Of a DNA stretch of 64,000 nucleotides, positions 45,299-53,184 are shown piece by piece. The notes beneath the pieces were generated by a model. It was not told the DNA's origin. It saw nothing but the letters and a program-made list of their open reading frames with translations, and ran no database searches. The stretch comes from an uncultured Actinomycetes bacterium (GTDB lineage Bacteria > Actinomycetota > Actinomycetes > S36-B12 > UBA10799), in the NCBI GenBank assembly GCA_964556255.1, contig CAZKVQ010000001.1, forward strand, positions 48,294 to 112,293. The letters run 5' to 3'. The position numbers and the translations under genes are program-made. How positions within the stretch are numbered: position 1 is the first letter of the stretch; every line of letters begins with the position of its first letter.

Positions 45299-47025
45299 AG
45301 CGCTCACCCTGGTCTGAGCTCACCGGCAAACAGGTGACGTCTTGGAGCGGTTTTGCTCTGCTGCTGCCCTACTCCTTCGTCGGCATCTTCCTAGCCAATC
45401 CGGATGTCCGTCGGGGAAGCATCGGGCTGCGGCTGGTGGCTGCGCTCGCGGCTCAAGCCCTGCTCTTCGCGCTCCTCTGGGGCTGGCGGCTGGCCGCACG
45501 ACGGTGGCCGAGAATGGCCGCAGGGCCACTCAGGGTAGTCCTGGCGTTTGCGCTCGCCAGCGCGGTGCGAGGCGTGCTGCTCGCTCTCGCGTTCGGGGCG
45601 CTCCAGGTAACACCCGGAATCGACTGGAGCCGGCGGCTCGTTGGCGGAGTCATCGGCTTCACTGCGGCCCTGTCGATCATCGATGTGGCGATCGGGTCCG
45701 TGCGGCAACACCGGCAACGGGTGGCGCTTCTGCAGAGGCGTCAAGCCGCCGCGCTGGCAGCACGCGAATCAACGCTGCTGGAGATGCGGGAGCAGCGGGA
45801 CGCGTTGGCGGTGACGATACGCGCGGAGTTCCTCCAGAGGATTGGAATGCTGACGGAGTCGGATGCGGCAGCGGCCATCCGCCAACTGAAGGACACGGTC
45901 AACGATCTGGTGCGCCCGATCAGCAGGCAGCTCGCCGCACGCCCCTCGTGGCGCCCGCCACCGGAACCGCGGGCACCGGAACTGTCCTTCAATGCCAGGG
46001 AGTTCGCCGACGACGCCACCCGTGGACGTCCACTACAGCCAGCATGGACAGCCCTGCTCTTCCTCTGCTTCGGCGGACCGTTCCTGCTCTACCAACTGCC
46101 CACCCTCTACGCCCTGCAGCTACTGGTCACCGGGGCGTTCATTGTCTGGATTCTCACGGTTGGGGCGAACGGTCTGTTGTGGTTGGTTCAGGATCGGTCC
46201 GTGGTCACTCGCGTGGTGTTGCTGGTGGTAGGGGTCCTGCTGGCTGCACTCCTTCTGGCGATGTCCAGCGTGGTGCTCGTCCGCGCTCCTTCGGACGTTC
46301 TGCGCCGCATCATCCTCGGCGACCTGATTCTCGTGCCAGCCGTCGCCTTCGCACTTGTTGCCGCACGGGCGGCACGGGCTCAGGAACGCTCGATCCTGAG
46401 CCGACTCGAGGCCTCCGCTTATGAACTCGATTGGGCGTCGGCTAGGTCGAGATGCATCCAGTGGCGCCAACAGCGTTCACTTGCCCGAGCGCTGCACGGC
46501 CCAGTCCAGAGCGCCATCGGTGCTGCCGCCATTCATTTGGAGCAGGCTGTGGCTGAAGAGCGCGATACGCGCGAATTGTTGGCAGCAACCCGCTCGCAGC
46601 TGCTGGCGGTCATTGACCAGATAGACGCAGAAGTGGGCGACCCGAGTCCCGTCGAAACCGTTCTGTTGGAGTATGCCGAGACCTGGCGAGGCGTTTGTGA
46701 AGTGACATGGGAGTTGGACCCCAGAGCACATCGAGCGCTGGAAGCAGACCCCATCGCGCGCTTCGCATTGACGGAACTGGCCGCCGAAGCGTGCTGGAAC
46801 GCGATCCGCCATGTCGAAGCGGGCACTGTCGCAGTGCAGATTACGATGCCACGTCCACGTTCATTGACGATGTTGGTGTCCGACGATGGGGTGATGTCCG
46901 GCGGCGACGGGCCGCCTGGCCCCGGCACCCAGATGCTCAACGACATGACTTTGCAGTGGAGCCTGGAACGACACTCCGGCATGACCGTTCTTGAAGCCGA
47001 AGTGCCCGTTCAGCCCCTGCTCTGA
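45295..47025 (+). CDS. Atypical membrane sensor histidine kinase (HisKA_3-type H-box, about 8 TM)
   Basis: The GTG start overlaps the RR stop (GTGA). The H-box reads SLARALHGPVQSAIGAAAI, the N-box reads EACWNAIRH, and VSDDG and GPGTQM are the G-boxes. Confidence 0.75.
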   Translation: MKRSPWSELTGKQVTSWSGFALLLPYSFVGIFLANPDVRRGSIGLRLVAALAAQALLFALLWGWRLAARRWPRMAAGPLRVVLAFALASAVRGVLLALAFGALQVTPGIDWSRRLVGGVIGFTAALSIIDVAIGSVRQHRQRVALLQRRQAAALAARESTLLEMREQRDALAVTIRAEFLQRIGMLTESDAAAAIRQLKDTVNDLVRPISRQLAARPSWRPPPEPRAPELSFNAREFADDATRGRPLQPAWTALLFLCFGGPFLLYQLPTLYALQLLVTGAFIVWILTVGANGLLWLVQDRSVVTRVVLLVVGVLLAALLLAMSSVVLVRAPSDVLRRIILGDLILVPAVAFALVAARAARAQERSILSRLEASAYELDWASARSRCIQWRQQRSLARALHGPVQSAIGAAAIHLEQAVAEERDTRELLAATRSQLLAVIDQIDAEVGDPSPVETVLLEYAETWRGVCEVTWELDPRAHRALEADPIARFALTELAAEACWNAIRHVEAGTVAVQITMPRPRSLTMLVSDDGVMSGGDGPPGPGTQMLNDMTLQWSLERHSGMTVLEAEVPVQPLL

Positions 47026-47065
47026 GTGGCCGAGGCCGAACGGGCATAGAAGCTGCGTTCGCTGG

Positions 47066-48196
47066 TTACGCGACCGTCGGCGTCTCTCCGTACTGCGCGC
47101 AATTCGCTGTAATCTCTCCGGGCGCCACTACGTAGTTGCCAGCAGGATTCTGGATTACCGTGTGGACATCTGTGATCGCGGCCATGCAGGAGTCGGACTG
47201 CGACTTCGAGACGCTGCCGCCACCAACCCAGACGTCGATCCAGAAGCTCGCACCCGCCGGGTACCCCTTGTGGCAGGGGCCGTTCTGGGGGGTTGATCCA
47301 TCACCGCAGGTGTCTTCGACGATGAAGTACCGCCGCAGGTTGGGCACGTAGAATCGGGTGCCGGCCGGGAAGTCCAGAATGTCCTTACCACTGATGATGG
47401 AGTGACCGACCGCGACCGTAATGGGATCGGTATAGGTGCCGGTGCCACCAGCGCTGCTGTGCAACACAGGGTTGCTGATGTCGACGGAGCCTGGCGGTGT
47501 GTTGTCCCAGTAGGAGTATCCCGTGACGTAGGCCTGCGAGCGCACTTCCGCGCTGGAACTACTCTGCGAAGACGTCGGCGTGGGGGTGGGGGTGCTGGTT
47601 CCCGTCGGGCTAGCCGTCGGGGACGTGCTCGCTGTCGGACTCACCGACGGACTCGCGGTAGGCGAAGTGCTCGCCGAAGGGCTTGCTGTTGGGGTGGGGG
47701 TGCCCCCATCAGCGCTGAAGCGCGCGACGTCAATGTAGAGGTTACGTTTCTGCGGGTTGAGGAAGTCCACTCTGATGTCTTGAACGCCCGCTGGAATGGC
47801 GACAGGTACGGCATAGGCAGTCCACTTCGTCTTCGAGATGCTCTGTGTAGCCACGATCGTGCCGTTGAGGCGGATCCTCACCGATGCGCCCCCACCGCTG
47901 GTGTTGTCGGTTCGCATGACAATCGTGACACTCGAACCTGGCGTAGCCATCTTCACCGGCGCGTGCGCGGATACCGCGGAGTCGACACGCAACGCCTTAC
48001 CACCCGATGCGGTCGCGTCCGATCGAACACTCGTGCCGTAGCCCTGGACGCTGGTCATGGACTCGCCTTCAACCGTAGCGACCACGGACGCCGCCGCGAC
48101 TTGCCCTGGAATGGACATGGCAATCGCGATCACCGCCGTCCCACCAATGGCCGCTACCGCTCCGAAACGCGCAACGCCGCGCATGGGAACCTCCAC
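47066..48196 (-). CDS. Secreted protein: CBM6/35-like module, T/P/S linker, and a 3D/DPBB (MltA/RlpA-like) domain
   Basis: Signal peptide, and a CBM-like EGESM...ASGGKALRV...NLYIDVARF module. The C-terminal segment RRYFIVEDTCGDG...FWIDVWVGG resembles a 3D domain. Confidence 0.65.
   Translation of the reverse strand: MEVPMRGVARFGAVAAIGGTAVIAIAMSIPGQVAAASVVATVEGESMTSVQGYGTSVRSDATASGGKALRVDSAVSAHAPVKMATPGSSVTIVMRTDNTSGGGASVRIRLNGTIVATQSISKTKWTAYAVPVAIPAGVQDIRVDFLNPQKRNLYIDVARFSADGGTPTPTASPSASTSPTASPSVSPTASTSPTASPTGTSTPTPTPTSSQSSSSAEVRSQAYVTGYSYWDNTPPGSVDISNPVLHSSAGGTGTYTDPITVAVGHSIISGKDILDFPAGTRFYVPNLRRYFIVEDTCGDGSTPQNGPCHKGYPAGASFWIDVWVGGGSVSKSQSDSCMAAITDVHTVIQNPAGNYVVAPGEITANCAQYGETPTVA
47552..47704 (-). 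repeat. Low-complexity Thr/Pro/Ser/Ala linker repeats inside the CBM-3D protein
   Basis: The segment encodes GGTPTPTASPSASTSPTASPSVSPTASTSPTASPTGTSTPTPTPTSSQSSSS, with reiterated SPTAS units. Confidence 0.6.
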
Positions 48197-48447
48197 TCTG
48201 ACTGCTCAACACCGACGTCCTCAACGCTAAGAGCGAAGGTCGTGGGCAACGGAATCTCCTGAGGGAAACCCCTGATTGCGCATGGCTCCGACGCAGCGAG
48301 CCGGAGACGCGGAGCAGGGCCGGAGTCTGAGCCGCGCAGTTCACAGGGAAAGGGTCGTGACCCGACATAGCGGGGAAGAAGGTGAACCAACAGGCGTGGT
48401 CGGCCTCGTGTGCGCTGCCGAAACGATTCGGCCAGGACAAAGCGTGT

Positions 48448-48492
48448 GGCGTTCTGCACGAGTGGGGATGTCCTGGGCGTTCCGGTGCACGA
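48448..48492 (+). promoter_or_regulatory. Direct repeat GGCGTTC-n-TGCACGA x2 upstream of the 202-aa secreted protein gene
   Basis: GGCGTTCTGCACGA (48448-48461) and GGCGTTCCGGTGCACGA (48476-48492) lie 36-80 nt upstream of the ATG at 48528. Confidence 0.3.
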
Positions 48493-48527
48493 ATGCGCTG
48501 GAGATCGACCAGCCCTCTGAAAGGTGA

Positions 48528-49136
48528 ATGATGAAACTCTCAGCACTTGCCACCTGCCTGCTTACCTCGGCCGCTGTCGTCACAGCCGTGGCACCCGCGT
48601 CGGCCGACACCGGCACTGTCCAACGGCCTGCACCTGCGTCGGCGGCCTCGGCGACAAGCCCTGCACCTGCAGACGTCTCACCAACCAAGGTGTCAGGTAA
48701 GCACACGTCCTTCACGAAAGGCACCGCGGTGTGGTTTGCGAACGAGACATCCGACCCGGTCTGGGTTCGGGAGCATCACATCTTCACCGACTGGTATCCC
48801 GCCGACCGGCTTGACCCGGGCGAGTCCAAAACCTATGTCGAGAACTTCGGCGGTGTCGACGATGTCCAGCTGCGGGTCTTCCGCAGCCAGGAGGACGCCC
48901 GTAGCAACAGCGTTTTCAAAGCGATCGAAGTCGATGCCGAGAACCCCGCCTACAGCAGCCCTTGGATGTCGGTGAGCTACGTGAGCAAGTACTACGGCGT
49001 GGGGACCATCCACCACTACGTCTCGCCGATCGCCGGCGCCACTTTCATGGGGCAGCGGCAGGCGGACACACCGAACTACAAGTACTTCGACCTTCGCATG
49101 CAAAAGGGTTGGAGTGCGCAGCCCGAGAATCGCTGA
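48528..49136 (+). CDS. Secreted hypothetical protein (202 aa)
   Basis: Clear signal peptide (MMKLSALATCLLTSAAVVTAVAPASA), an A/P-rich linker, and a beta-rich domain of about 140 aa with no motif I recognise. It has many A/T-ending codons compared with its neighbours. Confidence 0.55.
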   Translation: MMKLSALATCLLTSAAVVTAVAPASADTGTVQRPAPASAASATSPAPADVSPTKVSGKHTSFTKGTAVWFANETSDPVWVREHHIFTDWYPADRLDPGESKTYVENFGGVDDVQLRVFRSQEDARSNSVFKAIEVDAENPAYSSPWMSVSYVSKYYGVGTIHHYVSPIAGATFMGQRQADTPNYKYFDLRMQKGWSAQPENR

Positions 49137-49259
49137 ATCACGGATGGGACCGCGTGCGATTCGCGTCCGCGCTCGACGACGTTATCCGCCCTCATGCGGC
49201 TAAGCCGTTCGGTGCTCTTCTCAGGCACTTCTGAAGCCCCCGGACGATCCGAAGAAAAC

Positions 49260-49295
49260 GTTGTGGCCCCTACCCAAGAAGGTCGGGGCCACAAC
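49260..49295 (-). terminator. Rho-independent-type terminator downstream of tRNA-Thr
   Basis: A perfect 11-bp stem: GTTGTGGCCCC (49260-49270) pairs with GGGGCCACAAC (49285-49295). On the minus strand it is followed by GTTTTCTTCGG. Confidence 0.55.
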
Positions 49296-49445
49296 GGACG
49301 CCGTAGGTTCGCCCTTTGGCTCTAGGGATCGTGACGCCGACGTCCGGAATGGTGCTGCCGCAACAGGGAGAGCTCACTGATGCTGGAAGCGGACTCCAGA
49401 TGGCCTCTCGCCATGACAACTGAGATGAACCCAGTCATTTCGAAG

Positions 49446-49518
49446 AGCCGCCTTGGGGAATCGAACCCCAGACCTACGCATTACGAGTGCGTTGCTCTGC
49501 CATCTGAGCTAAGGCGGC
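49446..49518 (-). tRNA. tRNA-Thr (anticodon CGU)
   Basis: A 73-nt cloverleaf read by hand. Acceptor GCCGCCT/AGGCGGC, D arm GCTC-AGATGGCA-GAGC, anticodon arm ACGCA-CTCGTAA-TGCGT, and T arm TGGGG-TTCGATT-CCCCA. CCA is not encoded. Confidence 0.95.
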
Positions 49519-50237
49519 AAAGTCGCTGTGGGACAACGACTTTGGGTATTCTTGTGAAAACTTCAAGCACCGAGAAACCCCCTATACCCTACATTCGAGG
49601 TAAGAATCAGTAACACCGGCAGATCTGCAAGCGCAGGAGTCTGGCCCTTGGATTCTCAGCACCACACCCCATGGTACACGGCCATGCCGACCGCGGGGCA
49701 GCGACGAAGGCCCAGTACAGCCCGAATCCGGGGCGTGCCGATGCGCTGCTCAACAGGCAGATCACCTTCCCTGCTCGCGTCAGCTCTGGCCGCCGCGGGG
49801 AACGTGGTCGTGGTGACGAGCGGCGCTTCTCCCGGCAATCGCGTCGCGCAAATTACGAACATCGCTCGACCTCGCCAATGCCCGCAAGCCTCTGTTCTGC
49901 AAGAACACTTGAAGCAAAGCAGCACTTTTCCACCCCCGCCGTTCGGCGCCGTCATCGCCGCGGGACCAGACGACCTTCATTTCCTCAGGAAGAGTGCAGG
50001 CCCGCGGCCATCACTGCCTAAGAGCGATCGACTCTTCGGCCCAGCTCATTGCTGGGCACGTACACGGCGGTGCATGGCGCCAGGGTTACCCTCCCCGTCT
50101 CGGCGGTGGACAAGACTGTAAGGGTCGGACACACTTGCGGGCACCAGCGAGTGACAGGAGCAAGGTCGCCTCACTGAGTCAGCGAGGCGCGGTCTTCGCC
50201 CCATCACCATCGAACTTGAGCACCCACAGGAGCATCC

Positions 50238-51860
50238 GTGACCGCAGATCGCATCTACTTCGGCGGGCCAATCGTTACGGTGGACGACAGTCGGCCCGTG
50301 GTCGAAGCCTTGGCTGTCGGAGGTGGGAACATCCTCGCCGTCGGTCAACGTGCGAACGTGGAGGAGTTGCGAGGTCCGGACACGGAATTGGTCGACCTGG
50401 ATGGGCAGACGCTGGTTCCCGGTTTCATCGACGGCCACGCTCACTTCCTTGGGTTCGGCTCCCAAGGAGTCGGAGCCAACTTGCTGGCTCCCCCCGACGG
50501 CACGGTGAACACCATCGATGATCTCGTGGGCAAGCTGAGGGAGTTCGCCGCTGGCCCAGACGTCGAGCAGACAGGCTGGGTGTTCGGGCTCGGTTATGAC
50601 GACTCGCTGCTTGGCCGTCACCCGGATCGCGAAGATCTGGACCGGGTCTCTACTGAAATCCCGGTTATCGCCGTGCATATCTCGGGTCACTTCTCGGCCA
50701 TGAACACCGCAGGGCTGGCGAAGGTCGGTTACACCGCCGCGACACCCGACCCCGAGGGTGGCGTCATCCGGCGCCGACCCGACGGCGAACCGAATGGTGT
50801 CCTCGAAGAGCTTGCGAGCATCCCTCACATGCTCGCCGCCATCAACCCGAGCACGCCCGAGGGGATGGCCTACTTCCTGAAGCGCGGCCAAGAACTCGCC
50901 CTCTCGTATGGGTACACAACCGCGCACGAGGGTCGCGCCTTCGGCTTCAACCACGACGCGATGGTCTCGATGGCCGAACAGGGCCTGTACGTCATCGACG
51001 TCGTGTCCTACATCGACTACACGGCCAAGGATGTTCTGGACGGACCCTGGCACTCGCGCGAGTACCGTGACCGCTACCGGGTCGGGGGACTCAAGATCAC
51101 CCTGGATGGCTCACCCCAGGGTCGAACTGCCTGGCGAACCGAGCCGTACCTCCTCCCACCTGAGGGGCAGAAAACCGGCTACCGCGGGTACCCAGCCATC
51201 CCCGACACCGCCGTAATAACAGCGCTGTTCAACGAGGCCTACGACAAAGACTGGCAGGTGCTCTGCCACACGAACGGCGACGCCGCGGCCGATCAGATGT
51301 TTGAGGCCATGCGACCCGCTCACGCCAGTCACGCGGTGGAAGAGCGCCGCCACGTAGTGGTGCACGGCCAGCTCATCCGCATCGACCAACTCGATACCTG
51401 TGCCGAACTCGGCATCATTCCCTCGTTGTTCCCCATGCACACGTTCTACTGGGGTGACTGGTACGACGAGATCATCGGCGAGGAGGCCGCACAGCGGATC
51501 TCGCCCACACGATCCGCCCTGGACCGGCTCCCCGTTATCACCAGCCACACAGATGCCCCGGTGGCGCTACCCAATCTCATGCAGATCCTGTGGTCGACCG
51601 TGAACCGTCTCTCGAGATCGGGCAAGATCATGGGCCCCGACGAGCGCCTGACCCCGATGGAGGCGCTCAAATGCATCACCATTTGGGGCGCATACCAGCA
51701 TTTTGAGGAAGATCGGAAGGGTTCGCTTGAGGTGGGCAAATTGGCTGACATGGTCATCCTGTCCAACAACCCCCTGACCATTGACGTCCGGGAACTGAAC
51801 ACGATCACCGTCCAGGAAACCATCAAAGAGGGCCGGACCGTTTGGCGGCGTCCGACCTGA
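50238..51860 (+). CDS. Amidohydrolase family protein (Amidohydro_3 / YtcJ-like), paralog 3
   Basis: GTG start. PGFIDGHAHFLG, HTNGDAA and TSHTDAPV blocks, collinear with the two paralogs at 7.5-11.3 kb. Confidence 0.85.
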   Translation: MTADRIYFGGPIVTVDDSRPVVEALAVGGGNILAVGQRANVEELRGPDTELVDLDGQTLVPGFIDGHAHFLGFGSQGVGANLLAPPDGTVNTIDDLVGKLREFAAGPDVEQTGWVFGLGYDDSLLGRHPDREDLDRVSTEIPVIAVHISGHFSAMNTAGLAKVGYTAATPDPEGGVIRRRPDGEPNGVLEELASIPHMLAAINPSTPEGMAYFLKRGQELALSYGYTTAHEGRAFGFNHDAMVSMAEQGLYVIDVVSYIDYTAKDVLDGPWHSREYRDRYRVGGLKITLDGSPQGRTAWRTEPYLLPPEGQKTGYRGYPAIPDTAVITALFNEAYDKDWQVLCHTNGDAAADQMFEAMRPAHASHAVEERRHVVVHGQLIRIDQLDTCAELGIIPSLFPMHTFYWGDWYDEIIGEEAAQRISPTRSALDRLPVITSHTDAPVALPNLMQILWSTVNRLSRSGKIMGPDERLTPMEALKCITIWGAYQHFEEDRKGSLEVGKLADMVILSNNPLTIDVRELNTITVQETIKEGRTVWRRPT

Positions 51861-52094
51861 GGTACTCGTAGTCACGTCTACCCACACCGAGACGGGAAAG
51901 TCCGAAGCAAGGCGAGCCAAATACGGGCATCGGAAGATTCTGATCGCTTGTGACTTCTCCGCCATCTGAGATAGGGCGATGGAGTCGCTATGAGCCGACA
52001 AGTCTGGACGCATCTTGTCGACTGGCTCTGGATGCTTCTTGTCGACCTGGCAATTGCCCGAGAAGCCTGGACAAGTCGATGCTGTGGAGATTCC

Positions 52095-52283
52095 CTAGCT
52101 GCGCAGCCGTGAATCCTCGGCACCGGATTCGGTGACATATGCCAAGGTTTCGAGCGACTCCCGCAACGAGACTGACAGCTCCTCGAGAAGATTGTCGGAC
52201 GGGGCGATGCCGTGTGATCCTCCTGCATCTTCCAGCATCGCCAGGTCCTTTGACGAGTCCGCTGCGAGATTCGTTGGGCTCAC
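52095..52283 (-). CDS. Possible small acidic protein (62 aa) coupled to the DUF4239-like gene
   Basis: The start overlaps the stop of the upstream gene by 4 nt. The protein is Asp/Glu/Ser/Leu-rich, and local GC is lower than in flanking genes. Confidence 0.3.
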   Translation of the reverse strand: MSPTNLAADSSKDLAMLEDAGGSHGIAPSDNLLEELSVSLRESLETLAYVTESGAEDSRLRS

Positions 52284-53086
52284 GTCGCCGCTCCGGTCGG
52301 ACAGTGAGGCAACGGCATGTTGCCGAGTCGATCCTGGGTCAGATGATTCAGCGTGGTCTGCATTGCCTCAGGTGGAATAGCGCCCGGCGTCGTGGCGTAA
52401 GGATGGTCGAAGAACGCGATCACCACTAGCGCCGCCGAAGCGACGAACAGCGGTCCGATGATCACCATCGCGTGCCCCCAGGCGGGCTTCGAGCGATCGG
52501 CATAGACGAACAGAGAGCCGACGGTAATCAGGGAGCCGAAGATCAGCATCAACCACAGAACTGCCGGGACGCCATCCCCCGCCGCTTGCAAGCGCTGGAT
52601 ATGTGCCGTATGGCGCTGCTGATTGGCACTCTCCCAGATCGAAAGCCCTGGACCGGCCGCCTCGACGTTGGCCGCGAGGATGGCGTCCATAGTGTCCAGG
52701 GTCTTCCAGACGGCGGGGAGGACTGCGGTGTTCCCCTCACGCATCCACGGCCACTCCGACGAAATGACTTCCTCCGAATAGCACACGAGTTGATCGCGTA
52801 GTTGGTCCCGCACAGCGGGTTGCATGAAGGTCGCGGCGCGCGACATGGCAGTGACCGCCTCCGCCTCCTGCTGCGCAGCCTGCTGGGCACTGAGGTACTG
52901 CGTGAAAGTCAGCGACATCGTGAACGCGATGAGCAACGACATCGCACCACCTGTCACCACATACACATTGGTCGGAGTGCGCTCACCCCGTCCCCCTTCG
53001 GGGCTGTAGCGGGCGACGATCACGTAGAGGAGTGACCCTACGACGAGCGTCACGACGACGATCGCGACCGCGGTCAGGAGGTTCAC
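52280..53086 (-). CDS. DUF4239-like (bestrophin-like topology) membrane protein
   Basis: Two N-terminal and two C-terminal TM segments flank a helical soluble region. The family assignment is from memory. Confidence 0.6.
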   Translation of the reverse strand: MNLLTAVAIVVVTLVVGSLLYVIVARYSPEGGRGERTPTNVYVVTGGAMSLLIAFTMSLTFTQYLSAQQAAQQEAEAVTAMSRAATFMQPAVRDQLRDQLVCYSEEVISSEWPWMREGNTAVLPAVWKTLDTMDAILAANVEAAGPGLSIWESANQQRHTAHIQRLQAAGDGVPAVLWLMLIFGSLITVGSLFVYADRSKPAWGHAMVIIGPLFVASAALVVIAFFDHPYATTPGAIPPEAMQTTLNHLTQDRLGNMPLPHCPTGAAT

Positions 53087-53184
53087 TCGGGCATCCTAGC
53101 CAGGTCTTCGCCGGAGGGAGTCCCGGCTTGGCTGCTACCGCCACGGCGTATTGGCGCTCGTCCGTCGACCCTGCCGACGCAGAC

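Noticed and set aside
48290-48527. Calling the leader of the 202-aa secreted protein gene a c-di-AMP (ydaO) riboswitch.
   Set aside because: Several ydaO-like words are present, but in the wrong order and spacing relative to the consensus I remember (CGAAUCC ... ACGGGGGACCC ... GGGGUGAAUC ... GUAGGG ... CCCGAACCCGACAGCUAACCUCGUAAGCG). I keep it only as a 'run cmsearch' suggestion.
49400-49445. A second, degenerate tRNA or tRNA fragment just 3' of tRNA-Thr. The stretch CTCTCGCCATGACAACTGAGATGAACCC resembles the D-arm region of the real tRNA.
   Set aside because: I could not fold it into a cloverleaf. There is no complementary anticodon stem or acceptor stem. The similarity is limited to about 15 scattered positions.
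49760-49870. SDR-type Rossmann remnant (NVVVVTSGASPGNRVAQ) as evidence for a pseudogene.
   Set aside because: The resemblance to TGxxxGxG is weak and has an insertion, and there is no flanking similarity. I mention it only as one possible explanation of the gene-poor region.
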